Assembly (NCBI GenBank): GCA_041498295.1
Contig: JBGQIB010000004.1
Coordinates: 8 to 64,007 of the forward strand
Direction: 5' to 3'
Origin: a bacterium
GTDB taxonomy: Bacteria > Myxococcota_A > UBA9160 > SZUA-336
DNA length: 64,000 bases
Both the position numbers and the translations under genes were made by a program. Under the pieces are notes generated by a model. It made no database searches, was not told the DNA's origin, and saw only the letters and a list, made by a program, of their open reading frames with translations. How positions within the stretch are numbered: the stretch's first letter is position 1; each line of letters opens with the position of its first letter. Of this stretch, positions 10,052 through 18,718 are shown one piece after another.

Positions 10052-10477
10052 TCATCGCAATGCTCTCCCGACGCCGAGCCGAAACACCGGCAGCGGCGTT
10101 CCGTCGCTCGCCGTCTCGAACGCGACGCTGACTCGGTCGCCGGAGCGCACCGCCCCGGACTCACCCGCGGCGAGCCGCGCGGGAATGCGCACGCCTTCGT
10201 CGAGGTCTACCAACAGCAGTGTGAGCGGCAGTTTCCCCTCCAGCTCGGGCGCGCTCGAGCGTGTGAGTCGGCCGTGTCCGAAGATGCGTCCCATGCCCGC
10301 GGCCTCGCGCCACTCGAGCGCCGTCGAGCCGCACGCGCCGCAGCGCGCGCGCAGTGGGAACACGCTCGCGCCGCAGCTCGCGCAGCGCTGCAGCGCCCGC
10401 ACGCCGCGCGCGGCGGCCTCGAAGTAGGGCCGCGCGCGCTCCGCGGGATCGATCGGCTTCGCGGCGTCGCTCGCCAT
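10052..10477 (-). CDS. DUF35-type Zn-ribbon/OB-fold protein, partner of SCP-x-type thiolases
   Basis: A C-x2-C...C-x2-C zinc ribbon (CASCG...CGACG) is followed by an OB-fold. It lies immediately downstream of the thiolase-like gene. Confidence 0.7.
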   Translation of the reverse strand: MASDAAKPIDPAERARPYFEAAARGVRALQRCASCGASVFPLRARCGACGSTALEWREAAGMGRIFGHGRLTRSSAPELEGKLPLTLLLVDLDEGVRIPARLAAGESGAVRSGDRVSVAFETASDGTPLPVFRLGVGRALR

Positions 10478-10482
10478 CGCCG

Positions 10483-11655
10483 CTAGCCGAGCGTGTGCGG
10501 CGACAGCACCAGCGTCGCGTGGTGGTTGAAGATGCCGCCGTTGCCGGAGACGGCGATGCGCGCGTTACGCGCGGCCTGGCGCTCGGCGCCGTCGCCGCGC
10601 GCCTGTATCACGGCTTCGGAGATCGGCGTCATGCCCCACATGTAGTACGAGGAGAGCATCCCTCCACCCGTGTTCATGGGCAGCGCGCCGCCGGGCGCAA
10701 GCGCGCCGCTCGCCGCGAACGGTCCGCCCTCACCGCGCTTGCAGAAGCCGTAGTCCTCGAGCGTGGTCAGCACCGTGAACGTGTAGCAGTCGTAGATCTG
10801 ACACTGTTCGATGTCGGCCGGCGCGCAGCCCGCCATCGCGAACGCGGCGCTCGAGCTGCGCTGCGCGAGGCTCGGGCTCGCGTCGTTCCACTCGAGCTGA
10901 TGCGCCTGGCCGACGCCGTGCACGTACACCGGCGGCCGCGGTCGTGTGCGCGCGCGCTCGGCGCTGGTCACGATCACGCAGATGGCGCCGTTCGAGACGA
11001 GACAGCAGTCGAGCACGTGAAAGGGTGCCACGACCCAGGGGGACGCGTGATACTCCGCGAGCGAAAGCGGCTCGCGCATCGTCGCGCGCGGATTCCTCGC
11101 CGCCCACGCGCGCGCCGTAAGCGCGATCGCGCCGAGCTGGTCCTGGGTCGTGCCGTACACGTCCATGTGTCGCTGCGCGTGCAGCGCGTAGAACGGAATC
11201 GGACCGGCGAAGCCGAGCGACGGAACGACGGAGCCGAGCCCCGGTCGGCGCGCCCGCGCAGCGCCGTACGCCTGCCCCGCGCGCTGTCCGCGCACGAGCG
11301 GCGCATCGGCGAACACACAGGCGACGTTGCGCGCGAGCCCGTGGTGCACGGCCATGGCGGCGTACTGCACCATCTGCCCCGCGCTCGAGCCGTAGGCGTT
11401 CATCTGCGTGAGCAACGAGAGATCGCGTAGCCCGAGCGTCTGCACGAGCGACAGATCGATGCCCTGGCTGATGCCCGCGTTCAGCAGCAAGCCGTCGAGC
11501 TCGCTCTTCGCGAGGCCGGCATCCGCGAGCGCGGCGAGCACGGCCTCCGCGGCGAAATCCGACGCGCTGCGCTCGTAGACGCGCCCGAGCTCGGTCATCC
11601 CCAGACCGCAGATTGCGGTCGCACCCGCTAGTGAGTCGCGCGAAGTCAGCGTCAC
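10483..11655 (-). CDS. Thiolase-like (SCP-x / lipid-transfer-protein type) acetyl-CoA C-acyltransferase family protein
   Basis: C-terminal 390 aa of the 1159-aa ORF: 'AICGLGMTELGR' matches a thiolase N-terminus, with 'NMNAYGSS', 'GVGQA' and 'NTGGG' blocks. GTG at 11655 overlaps the upstream MFS stop in a GTGA. Confidence 0.75.
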   Translation of the reverse strand: MTLTSRDSLAGATAICGLGMTELGRVYERSASDFAAEAVLAALADAGLAKSELDGLLLNAGISQGIDLSLVQTLGLRDLSLLTQMNAYGSSAGQMVQYAAMAVHHGLARNVACVFADAPLVRGQRAGQAYGAARARRPGLGSVVPSLGFAGPIPFYALHAQRHMDVYGTTQDQLGAIALTARAWAARNPRATMREPLSLAEYHASPWVVAPFHVLDCCLVSNGAICVIVTSAERARTRPRPPVYVHGVGQAHQLEWNDASPSLAQRSSSAAFAMAGCAPADIEQCQIYDCYTFTVLTTLEDYGFCKRGEGGPFAASGALAPGGALPMNTGGGMLSSYYMWGMTPISEAVIQARGDGAERQAARNARIAVSGNGGIFNHHATLVLSPHTLG

Positions 11656-12878
11656 TCGAGCTCCCGAATGCGCGTGAACGCCAAGAACCCGGCGATCACC
11701 GCGAGCATCGCTACGCCCGCGAGCCCGCAGGCGACGAGCGGCCCGAAGTGCGCCACCAAGAGACCCGAGACCGGCGCACCGAGGAGGCCCGACGCGCCCA
11801 TCGTCGAGAGACTGTAGACCGAGAGCACGCGCCCGCGGTGCGCGGGCGGCGCCTTCTCCTGGAACAGCGTGCGACTCGCGTTCATGAACATCGCTCCGCC
11901 GAGCCCGAACAGGAACACGACCACGAGCGCCAGCCAAAACGGCAGACCCAAGCCGAGTGCGATCATGCACAGCGCGCCGATCGCGAGTGAGCCGAGCTGA
12001 GCCATGCCTTTCCGGCGCAGGCCGCCGCGCGCCAGGATCCACGCGGAGCTCGCGATGATGCCGAGCGGGAAGCAGCCGAATAGAAGCGACAGATCCGCGA
12101 GATCTCCGCCGTAGTAGTCGCGCACGAGCAGCGGAAACACGACCAGGAACGGGCCAATGAAGAATACGCCGAGGGCGATCGCGAGCAGCGCGACCGGTCC
12201 CAGCACCGGCGAGCGCGCGACTTCGCCCACGCCCTCGAGGAACTCTCGGACCGAGAGCGTGGCGCGCTTCGGCCGGTCGCTGCGCGCGCGGCGCGGCAGG
12301 CGCGCGATCGCCGGCGCGCCCGCGAGCAAGATCGTGGCCTGGATCGCAATCAGCGCCACGATGCCCACGCTCGCGCCGATGCGCGCGGAGAACGAGCCGA
12401 GCGCCTGCATGCTCCACTGAGTCATCGTCAGCACGCTCACCGCGCGCATCAGGTTCCCGCCCGAGACATCGGACAGAAGCGCGTCGCGCGCCGGCATCAG
12501 GAACGCGCTCACGGTTCCCATTCCGATTCCGTAGGCGACGACGAGCGGCATCGAGAGCGCGCCCGCGTGCACGCCGAAGGCGAGCGCCGCAGTGAGTGCA
12601 GATGCGACTCCGTGCAGGGCGATCAAGAGCCGACGCCGATCCGCGCGGTCCGCGACCGCGCCGCCGATCAGGATCAACGCCACCGTCGGCAGTTGGCTCG
12701 ACGACTGCGCGAGCGCCAGCGCGCCGCCGCCCCCGCGCAGCTGTTGAGTCACGAGCGCGGGCACGATCACCCCGTTCAAACCGAACGACAGGAACCATGT
12801 CCCGGCGCCGACGACGTACCAAAGCCACGCGCTCGAGGCCGCGGGCAGGCTTTCGACCCGCATCACCACGGCGGGCAT
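11652..12878 (-). CDS. MFS transporter
   Basis: 408 aa with about 12 hydrophobic helices and the MFS loop motif 'GAVADRADRRRLL'. Confidence 0.75.
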   Translation of the reverse strand: MPAVVMRVESLPAASSAWLWYVVGAGTWFLSFGLNGVIVPALVTQQLRGGGGALALAQSSSQLPTVALILIGGAVADRADRRRLLIALHGVASALTAALAFGVHAGALSMPLVVAYGIGMGTVSAFLMPARDALLSDVSGGNLMRAVSVLTMTQWSMQALGSFSARIGASVGIVALIAIQATILLAGAPAIARLPRRARSDRPKRATLSVREFLEGVGEVARSPVLGPVALLAIALGVFFIGPFLVVFPLLVRDYYGGDLADLSLLFGCFPLGIIASSAWILARGGLRRKGMAQLGSLAIGALCMIALGLGLPFWLALVVVFLFGLGGAMFMNASRTLFQEKAPPAHRGRVLSVYSLSTMGASGLLGAPVSGLLVAHFGPLVACGLAGVAMLAVIAGFLAFTRIRELE

Positions 12879-12933
12879 TGTCGCACACGCCCGCTCCTCG
12901 ACAGACCCGGCGCGGCAGGCGACGTTTCGCCGC

Positions 12934-13710
12934 GTGATCCCCGACGTCTCCGATCTCGACGAAGCCTACGGCCGCACGACCGCGCGCTTCTACGACGCCG
13001 CGTACGAGCGCAGCCCACAGGTGGCCGGCGACTTCGACTTCTACTGCTCGCTCGCTCGCGAAGGCGCGGGTCCCGTGCTCGAGCTCGGCTGTGGCACGGG
13101 TCGCGTGCTGCTGCGCATCGCGGAGGACGGCTTTCCGTGTACCGGTCTCGACGCCTCGCGCCACATGCTCGACGCGCTGCGCGCGAAGTCGCGTTTCCCG
13201 AACCTGCGCCTCGTGCACGCGCCGATGCAGCGCTTCGACCTCGGTCACGATCGTTTCACGCTGATCTTCTCGGCGTTCCGCGTGTTCCAGCACCTCTACA
13301 CCGTCGAGGATCAGCTCGCGTGTCTCGCCTGCGTCCGGCGCCATCTCGCGCCCGGCGGCCGCTTCGCGTTCGACGTGTTCGCGCCACGGCTCGCGCGCAT
13401 GGCGGAGCCCGAGCAAGCGGAGCAGGTCGACGCGCGCTTCGAGCTCGCCGGCGAGTCCGTCGTCCGCTACGCGACGCTGTCTCGGGACCCCGTCGCCCAG
13501 CTGCTCGACGTGCGCTTCCGCTACGAGCGAAGCCGCGCCGGCGAGATCGTTGGCAACGAAGAGGCGCGCTTCCGCATGCGCTGGTTCTGGCGCTTCGAGC
13601 TCGAGCACCTGCTCGCGCGCGCGGGCTTCGGCGAGGTCGTGCTGTACGGTGACTTCGACCGGCGGCCGATTGGCGCCGACACACCGGCGTTCATCGTGAG
13701 TGCGCGCTAG
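12934..13710 (+). CDS. Class I SAM-dependent methyltransferase
   Basis: Motif I 'VLELGCGTGR' followed by an acidic loop 'GLDAS' and motif post-I. 258 aa. Confidence 0.75.
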   Translation: MIPDVSDLDEAYGRTTARFYDAAYERSPQVAGDFDFYCSLAREGAGPVLELGCGTGRVLLRIAEDGFPCTGLDASRHMLDALRAKSRFPNLRLVHAPMQRFDLGHDRFTLIFSAFRVFQHLYTVEDQLACLACVRRHLAPGGRFAFDVFAPRLARMAEPEQAEQVDARFELAGESVVRYATLSRDPVAQLLDVRFRYERSRAGEIVGNEEARFRMRWFWRFELEHLLARAGFGEVVLYGDFDRRPIGADTPAFIVSAR

Positions 13711-13769
13711 CTGTGGGTTCTCAGGAGGTTGTTCAGGATCATGAGCACCTCCGGAGGCAAGTGAGCGGG

Positions 13770-13910
13770 GCGAGATTGCGAGCGCTCGGTGGGGTCGTTC
13801 GGTGTTGTAGTACCGCAGCCACTCCGGCAGCGCTGCGATGCGGCGGAGCGAGCTGCGATAGGCGCGAGCGTAGGCCCAGCCGCAGCGAGCCGCGTTGATC
13901 GGCAGGTCAC
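13770..13910 (-). pseudogene. Relic of the C-terminus of a DDE (rve-type, IS481/IS3-like) transposase
   Basis: The minus-strand frame reads '...AYARAYRSSLRRIAALPEWLRYYNTERPHRALAISP', the conserved 'W-L-x-x-Y-N-x-x-R-P-H-x-x-L' end block of rve integrase domains. No upstream catalytic domain or in-frame start is present. Coordinates are approximate. Confidence 0.45.
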
Positions 13911-14037
13911 GCCGCCGTTGAGCGTCAGCCTCCGCCCCGCCAGAGCCTGACAACATGCCCAAAGCTCTCTTGCCATGCGCGGCGGATCCGCGGAGAATGC
14001 GAGATAGAGCCCATTCTGAACGGCGGAAGGACTGATC

Positions 14038-14730
14038 ATGAGGAAGTTTTTCGCCTTGGCCGTCATCGCGACGGCACTCACAGTCGGCAGCGTCGCGAAG
14101 GCGACGGTATTCATCGATGTGACTCTACAGAGTCCTGGATCCCAGTTGTTCGACATCACGGTGAGCGTCACCGACGCGACCCGAGTGGGCGGCATCGCCC
14201 TCCTCGCGAATCCGAACGTGACTGCGCTCACCCTGAACGCTGCGAACACGGGAATCGATCCCCTGTTGAGCGGGATGATGATCGACGTCCTCGGTGATGG
14301 CACCACGAACGCGATCGGCATCAAAAATACGGCCGCGGGCGTCGCGATCGCCTTCGGGCCGGCGCCGGTGCTCATCGGCACGCTGACGATCGTGAACACG
14401 ACCTGCAACACGCCGTTTCCGTCTTGCGCGAACCCAGACATTCGCCCGGGTGATGAGCTGTACGGCTACACGGCTTCGCGTGACGACGCGACCGCTTCGC
14501 CGATCATCGACACCGTCGTGCGTGAGCATACGGCGTTCCCGGAGCCGGCGTCCGTTGTGCTGCTCGGCCTCGCCCTCGCCTTCAAGCTCGTCCAGTATGT
14601 CGTTGGGCGCGCGCTAGCTAGCGCACCTTCACGACGATCGAGCCGAACACCGCGTGACCCTCGATGCGCAGCACCGGCGGCTCCTCGTCGGGGTCCGACG
14701 CGTAGCCGGGCGCGCGCTCCTGCCCGGTGA
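14038..14730 (+). CDS. PEP-CTERM-like secreted protein in a low-GC, atypical-codon patch. The 3' end is uncertain.
   Basis: Signal peptide 'MRKFFALAVIATALTVGSVAKA'. Near the end, 'FPEPASVVLLGLALAF' is a PEP motif plus transmembrane helix. The ORF then reads on in an R-rich tail overlapping the convergent gene, so the real stop may be earlier or a frameshift may be present. The N-terminal region uses AT-rich codons (aag ttt ttc, gta ttc atc gat). Confidence 0.45.
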   Translation: MRKFFALAVIATALTVGSVAKATVFIDVTLQSPGSQLFDITVSVTDATRVGGIALLANPNVTALTLNAANTGIDPLLSGMMIDVLGDGTTNAIGIKNTAAGVAIAFGPAPVLIGTLTIVNTTCNTPFPSCANPDIRPGDELYGYTASRDDATASPIIDTVVREHTAFPEPASVVLLGLALAFKLVQYVVGRALASAPSRRSSRTPRDPRCAAPAAPRRGPTRSRARAPAR

Positions 14731-15067
14731 CTCTGCGGATCTGATCGGCGAGGAAGCGGCGTACGCGTCCGCCCGTATCGCGCTGCTCCACGCTGCCGAG
14801 CACCGCGGATGCGGCGAGCTCCACCTCGAGGTCGGCGGGCACGACGATCTCGATCGAGCCGAACAGCGCAAGCGTCTCGAGCACGGTGACTCCGGGCGCG
14901 AGCAAGGCCTGCGTGAAGTCGAGATTCACGTTGCCGAAGCACGCGCGTACGCGGGTCTCCTCTGCGGGCAGCCACTCGCCGCGGCGCGCGGTCGACGAAA
15001 ACACGGCCGAGATCGTCTCGGGCTCCAGCGGATCGTCGAGCTCGCTGCCGCGCGCGCGTTCGTTCAT
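14618..15067 (-). CDS. Hypothetical protein (149 aa)
   Basis: Clean ORF with genome-typical codon usage ending 'VFGSIVVKVR*'. I recognise no domain with confidence. Confidence 0.4.
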   Translation of the reverse strand: MNERARGSELDDPLEPETISAVFSSTARRGEWLPAEETRVRACFGNVNLDFTQALLAPGVTVLETLALFGSIEIVVPADLEVELAASAVLGSVEQRDTGGRVRRFLADQIRRVTGQERAPGYASDPDEEPPVLRIEGHAVFGSIVVKVR

Positions 15068-15167
15068 CTCGATCCGCGATCATGACACAGGCGTGCGCGC
15101 TTGCGGGCGGCGGATGCGCAGCGCAAGATCCCGGCGCCCCGGACCTGAGCCGGGAGATGGGAGACCC

Positions 15168-15899
15168 ATGACTCCGCGCCTCGCGATCCTCTCTCTCCTG
15201 GTCTGCGCGCTCGCCGCGCCGCTCCGCGTGAGCGCGCAGCAACTCGAGACCGACGACCAGAAGACGATCTACGCGCTCGGCTTCGCCGTAGCGCGGAATC
15301 TGAAGAGCTTCGACCTGACGGCGGACGAGGTGAAGATCCTCGAGGCCGGATTGACCGCGGGACTCACCGGCGGAAAGCCGGCCATCGATCTCGCGGCCTT
15401 CGAGTCGAAGCTCGACCCGCTGGCGCAAGCGCGAAATGGGGTGCGCACGAAGCGCGAGCGCGACGCGTCCGCGGCCTTCCTGAAGTCGGCGGCCGCGCAG
15501 AGCGGCGCGAAGACGACGCCGAGCGGGCTCGTGTACCGCGAGCTCAAAGCCGGTTCGGGAGACAAGCCGACACCGAAGGACAAGGTGAAGGTGCACTACA
15601 CCGGAAAGCTGCGGGACGGGAGTGTCTTCGACAGCTCGGTCGAGCGCGGTCAGCCCGCTGACTTTCCGTTGTCGCGCATGATCCCGTGCTGGCTCGAGGG
15701 ACTGCAGCTCATGAAGCAGGGCGGGAAGGCCGAGATCACCTGTCCCGCGGACCTCGCCTACGGAGACAAGGGCATGCCGCCGGGCAGCGGCGATCGCATC
15801 CCGCCCGGGGCGGCGCTGCAATTCGAGGTCGAGCTACTCGGCATCGAGAAGAACGGCGCGCTGACGGAGAAAATGCCGGAGAAGCCGCCGCTCGAGTGA
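15168..15899 (+). CDS. FKBP-type peptidyl-prolyl cis-trans isomerase (FkpA-like), periplasmic
   Basis: ATG at 15168 is preceded by GGGAGA. Signal peptide 'MTPRLAILSLLVCALAAPLRVSA'. An N-terminal dimerisation domain is followed by the FKBP block 'VKVHYTGKLRDGSVFDSS...ITCPADLAYGDKG...LQFEVELL'. Confidence 0.8.
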   Translation: MTPRLAILSLLVCALAAPLRVSAQQLETDDQKTIYALGFAVARNLKSFDLTADEVKILEAGLTAGLTGGKPAIDLAAFESKLDPLAQARNGVRTKRERDASAAFLKSAAAQSGAKTTPSGLVYRELKAGSGDKPTPKDKVKVHYTGKLRDGSVFDSSVERGQPADFPLSRMIPCWLEGLQLMKQGGKAEITCPADLAYGDKGMPPGSGDRIPPGAALQFEVELLGIEKNGALTEKMPEKPPLE

Positions 15900-15918
15900 C
15901 TCGCGCCCGACTCCGCCG

Positions 15919-16920
15919 TCAGCCGGGCGGCAGTCGACGCGACCGCCCGCGGCGGCGCGCGCCGAGGCCCTGCAGGGCGACGATCGCGCCGCCCAGCACG
16001 AACATGAGATTCGTGACCGGGCTCCAATGCGTGAAGCGTCCGCCCAGCGCGATCCCGATGCCGAGGCCGATCAGCATGAGGCCGGGGCGCCCGCGTGCCT
16101 GACCGAGCGCGCGCCCGAGAGACAGTCCCACGAGAATCCCGCCCGCGGTCGGAAACACGCCGCCGGTTCCGATGCCGAGCGTGGGGCTGGTGAGCAGGAA
16201 CACGCCGATCGCGAGGGGGATCGCCACGTCCGGGCGCAGCAACGTGTCGACGAGGCTGCGCGGGCGCGACTCGGGCAGCGGAGCGGGGCCGCGCGGCGCC
16301 GCGCGCGAGCGGCGCGCGAGTCGCTCCTCGCGCCGCGTCGGCGGGCGGATGCTGGCCGGCGCGCCGCGCGCGCCCAAGGTCGCGAGCGCGGACGGAAGCA
16401 GCGAGTAGACGCGCACCGGGTGCTCGATGTTCTTCAGCGTGCGCACGCCTTCGTCGCGGAACTCGGCGGAAATCTTGTTGTGCACCTGCTGGTACACGGC
16501 CTCCGACACCAGGATGTGTCCAGGCTGCGCGAGCGACTCGAGCCGCGCGGCGATGTTCACGCCGTCGCCGTAGACCTTGTACTCCTCGACGATCACGTCG
16601 CCGACGTGCACACCGATGCGCGTGTCGATGCGGCGCTCCGGAGGAAGTGACTCGTTCTGACGCGCCTGCTCGGCCTGGATCGCCTGCGCGCAGCGCGTGG
16701 CGTTCACCACCGAGTCGAACTCGGCGAACACCGAGTCACCCGCGGTGTCGACTACCCGGCCCTCGTGCTCCTGCACGCTCGCCTCGACGCGCTGGTGGAA
16801 AGCGCGGATCTCGCGCGTGGTCCACTCCTCGTCGCTGCCCATCAGCCGGCTGAAGCCGGAGACGTCGACCATCACGATGGCGGCCAGCTTGCGGCGCGAG
16901 CGCGGAGCCTCAGCTTCCAA
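15919..16920 (-). CDS. Class III adenylate/guanylate cyclase with a C-terminal membrane-anchor region
   Basis: CHD block 'AAIVMVDVSGFSRLM...FHQRVEASVQEHEGRVVDTAGDSVFAEF...RIGVHVGDVIVEE...YGDGVNIAARLES', followed by Gly-rich hydrophobic segments. Confidence 0.75.
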   Translation of the reverse strand: MEAEAPRSRRKLAAIVMVDVSGFSRLMGSDEEWTTREIRAFHQRVEASVQEHEGRVVDTAGDSVFAEFDSVVNATRCAQAIQAEQARQNESLPPERRIDTRIGVHVGDVIVEEYKVYGDGVNIAARLESLAQPGHILVSEAVYQQVHNKISAEFRDEGVRTLKNIEHPVRVYSLLPSALATLGARGAPASIRPPTRREERLARRSRAAPRGPAPLPESRPRSLVDTLLRPDVAIPLAIGVFLLTSPTLGIGTGGVFPTAGGILVGLSLGRALGQARGRPGLMLIGLGIGIALGGRFTHWSPVTNLMFVLGGAIVALQGLGARRRGRSRRLPPG

Positions 16921-17878
16921 CCCGCGCCCCCGCGCGCGCGAGCTCGCCCATGAGGCCGAACAGCTCGAGCCCGTTCGCCACGCCCTGCTTCCCGCCGCTC
17001 CACTCGCGGTAGAGCGTGTGCACGTTCACGGCGATCCGCTCCGCGTCACCCCAGCTCGCGAACTCGCCGAGCGGCAGCTTGCGCGCCGCGTCGGCCGGCG
17101 AGAGTCCCGCGTCGAAACACTCGTGCGCGCGGTCGCGGACGTACACGAGATAGTCGCGCACCGCGAGCGCGCCCTTCGCATCGGTGAGCGGGCCGTGGCC
17201 TGGCACGATCACCTCGGCGCCGAGCGCCGCGATGCGCTCACACGCCGCGATCCAGTTCGCGATCGGCCCCTGCCACGCGATCGGCGTGCCGCCGATGAAC
17301 AGAATGTCGCCGGTGTACACGACGCGTTCCTGGGGAAGCCAGACGAGGGTGTCGCCGCGCGTGTGGGCGGGACCGACCTCGATCAGCACGACCTCCTTCG
17401 CACCGACGCGCAGGCGCAGCTCGCCGTCGAAGGTCTCGGTCGGCGGCGTGTGCCGGATGCCGCGGAACTCGAACGGCGCGAATACCTTCGCGAGATACTC
17501 ACCGCCGGGGCCGAGCGCCGCGGCGTTCTCGATCACGCGCACCATCGCCTGGGGCGGGAGCTCGTCCATCTCGGCCGCGCTCGCGCGCGAGGCCACGATG
17601 CGCGCGCCGGCAACAAGCTGGTTCCCGTAACAGTGGTCGCCGTTCGCGTGGGTGTTCACGAGCACGCCGATGCGCGCCGCGGCCGGCACGCAGGCGCGCA
17701 TCGCTGCGAGCATCTCCGCCGTGAGGCGCAGATCGAAGAGCGTGTCGACCAGGAGTGACTCGCCCGCGTCATGGACCAGCCCGGCGTTGCTCCAGCCCCA
17801 GCCGCCGTCGGGCTGCAGCCAGGCGAGGCAGCCCCGCCCGAGGTCTTGCAGGCCCTTCGTATAGCGCCAATCGGGCAT
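16910..17878 (-). CDS. MBL-fold metallo-hydrolase
   Basis: ATG at 17878 (MPDWRYTKG). 'NTHANGDHCYGN' is an HxHxDH-type metal motif, and 'IVPGHGP' is present. The rest of ORF 16910..18448 is R-rich shadow. Confidence 0.7.
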   Translation of the reverse strand: MPDWRYTKGLQDLGRGCLAWLQPDGGWGWSNAGLVHDAGESLLVDTLFDLRLTAEMLAAMRACVPAAARIGVLVNTHANGDHCYGNQLVAGARIVASRASAAEMDELPPQAMVRVIENAAALGPGGEYLAKVFAPFEFRGIRHTPPTETFDGELRLRVGAKEVVLIEVGPAHTRGDTLVWLPQERVVYTGDILFIGGTPIAWQGPIANWIAACERIAALGAEVIVPGHGPLTDAKGALAVRDYLVYVRDRAHECFDAGLSPADAARKLPLGEFASWGDAERIAVNVHTLYREWSGGKQGVANGLELFGLMGELARAGARVGS

Positions 17879-17914
17879 GCGCCAAGCGTACCACGCGTGT
17901 GATAGAACCCGTGG

Positions 17915-18718
17915 ATGCTGCGCGTATTGACCTTGAACGTGTGGAACGACTCGGGCCCGTGGCCGCTGCGCGCCGCGCGCATCCACGCGTGGCTCGATCG
18001 ACTGTCTCCCGACCTGATCGCGTTCCAGGAGGTGCTGCAATCGCCCGAACGCGACCTCGCACGCGAGCTCATCGGCGGCCGCGGCTACGAGCTCTCGTTC
18101 GGGAAGGCGAGCAATTTCTGGAAGTCGCCGAGTGACGCGTTCGGGAACGCGATCGCGTCGTGCTGGCCGATCGCGAAGAGCGACGTCCTGCCGCTGCCAG
18201 ACCGCGGCGATGGCGAGACGCGCTCCGCACTTCTGTGTCACGTCGACTCGCCTCACGGCCCGCTGCGCTTCGCGTGCACGCACCTCAACTGGAAGTTCCA
18301 TCACGGCGCCGTCCGCGAGCGACAGGTGGTGGCGCTCGCGGACTTCGCGCGCGCGCAGCGCGTGCACCGGGGCTATCCGACGATCGTCGCCGGCGACTTC
18401 AACGCGGAGCCGGACTCCGACGAGATTCGCTACATGACCGGGCGCCACTCGATCGACGGGCGCAGCGTGTACTGGAACGACGCCTGGCTCGTCGCCGGGC
18501 GGGATGGCGATGGAGTCACTTGGTCCAATCGCAACGCGTACGCGCGCACCGCGCTCGAGCCAGAGCGGCGCATTGACTACATCTTCGTCGACTATCCGCT
18601 GCGCGACGGGCGCGGCCTGGTGGAGTCATGCCGCGTGGTCTGCAACGACGAGCGCGCGGGAGTCTGGCCGAGCGATCACTTCGGTGTGTATGCCGAGCTG
18701 CGAACGGAGCCGCTCTAG
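17915..18718 (+). CDS. Endonuclease/exonuclease/phosphatase (EEP) family protein
   Basis: 'LRVLTLNVWN', 'IAFQEV', 'CTHL', 'AGDFNAEPDS' and 'SDHFGV' are the EEP catalytic blocks. Confidence 0.75.
   Translation: MLRVLTLNVWNDSGPWPLRAARIHAWLDRLSPDLIAFQEVLQSPERDLARELIGGRGYELSFGKASNFWKSPSDAFGNAIASCWPIAKSDVLPLPDRGDGETRSALLCHVDSPHGPLRFACTHLNWKFHHGAVRERQVVALADFARAQRVHRGYPTIVAGDFNAEPDSDEIRYMTGRHSIDGRSVYWNDAWLVAGRDGDGVTWSNRNAYARTALEPERRIDYIFVDYPLRDGRGLVESCRVVCNDERAGVWPSDHFGVYAELRTEPL

Noticed and set aside
10483-13962. 1159-aa ORF
   Set aside because: Only its last 390 aa form a thiolase-like protein. The upstream part is antisense to the MFS and methyltransferase genes and carries a transposase-relic frame. 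It is not a giant protein.
13707-14441. 244-aa minus-strand ORF
   Set aside because: It is antisense to the better-supported PEP-CTERM gene, with no domain and an odd composition.
14466-15821. 451-aa minus-strand ORF
   Set aside because: It is the shadow frame of the FKBP gene and the hypothetical 14618..15067 gene.
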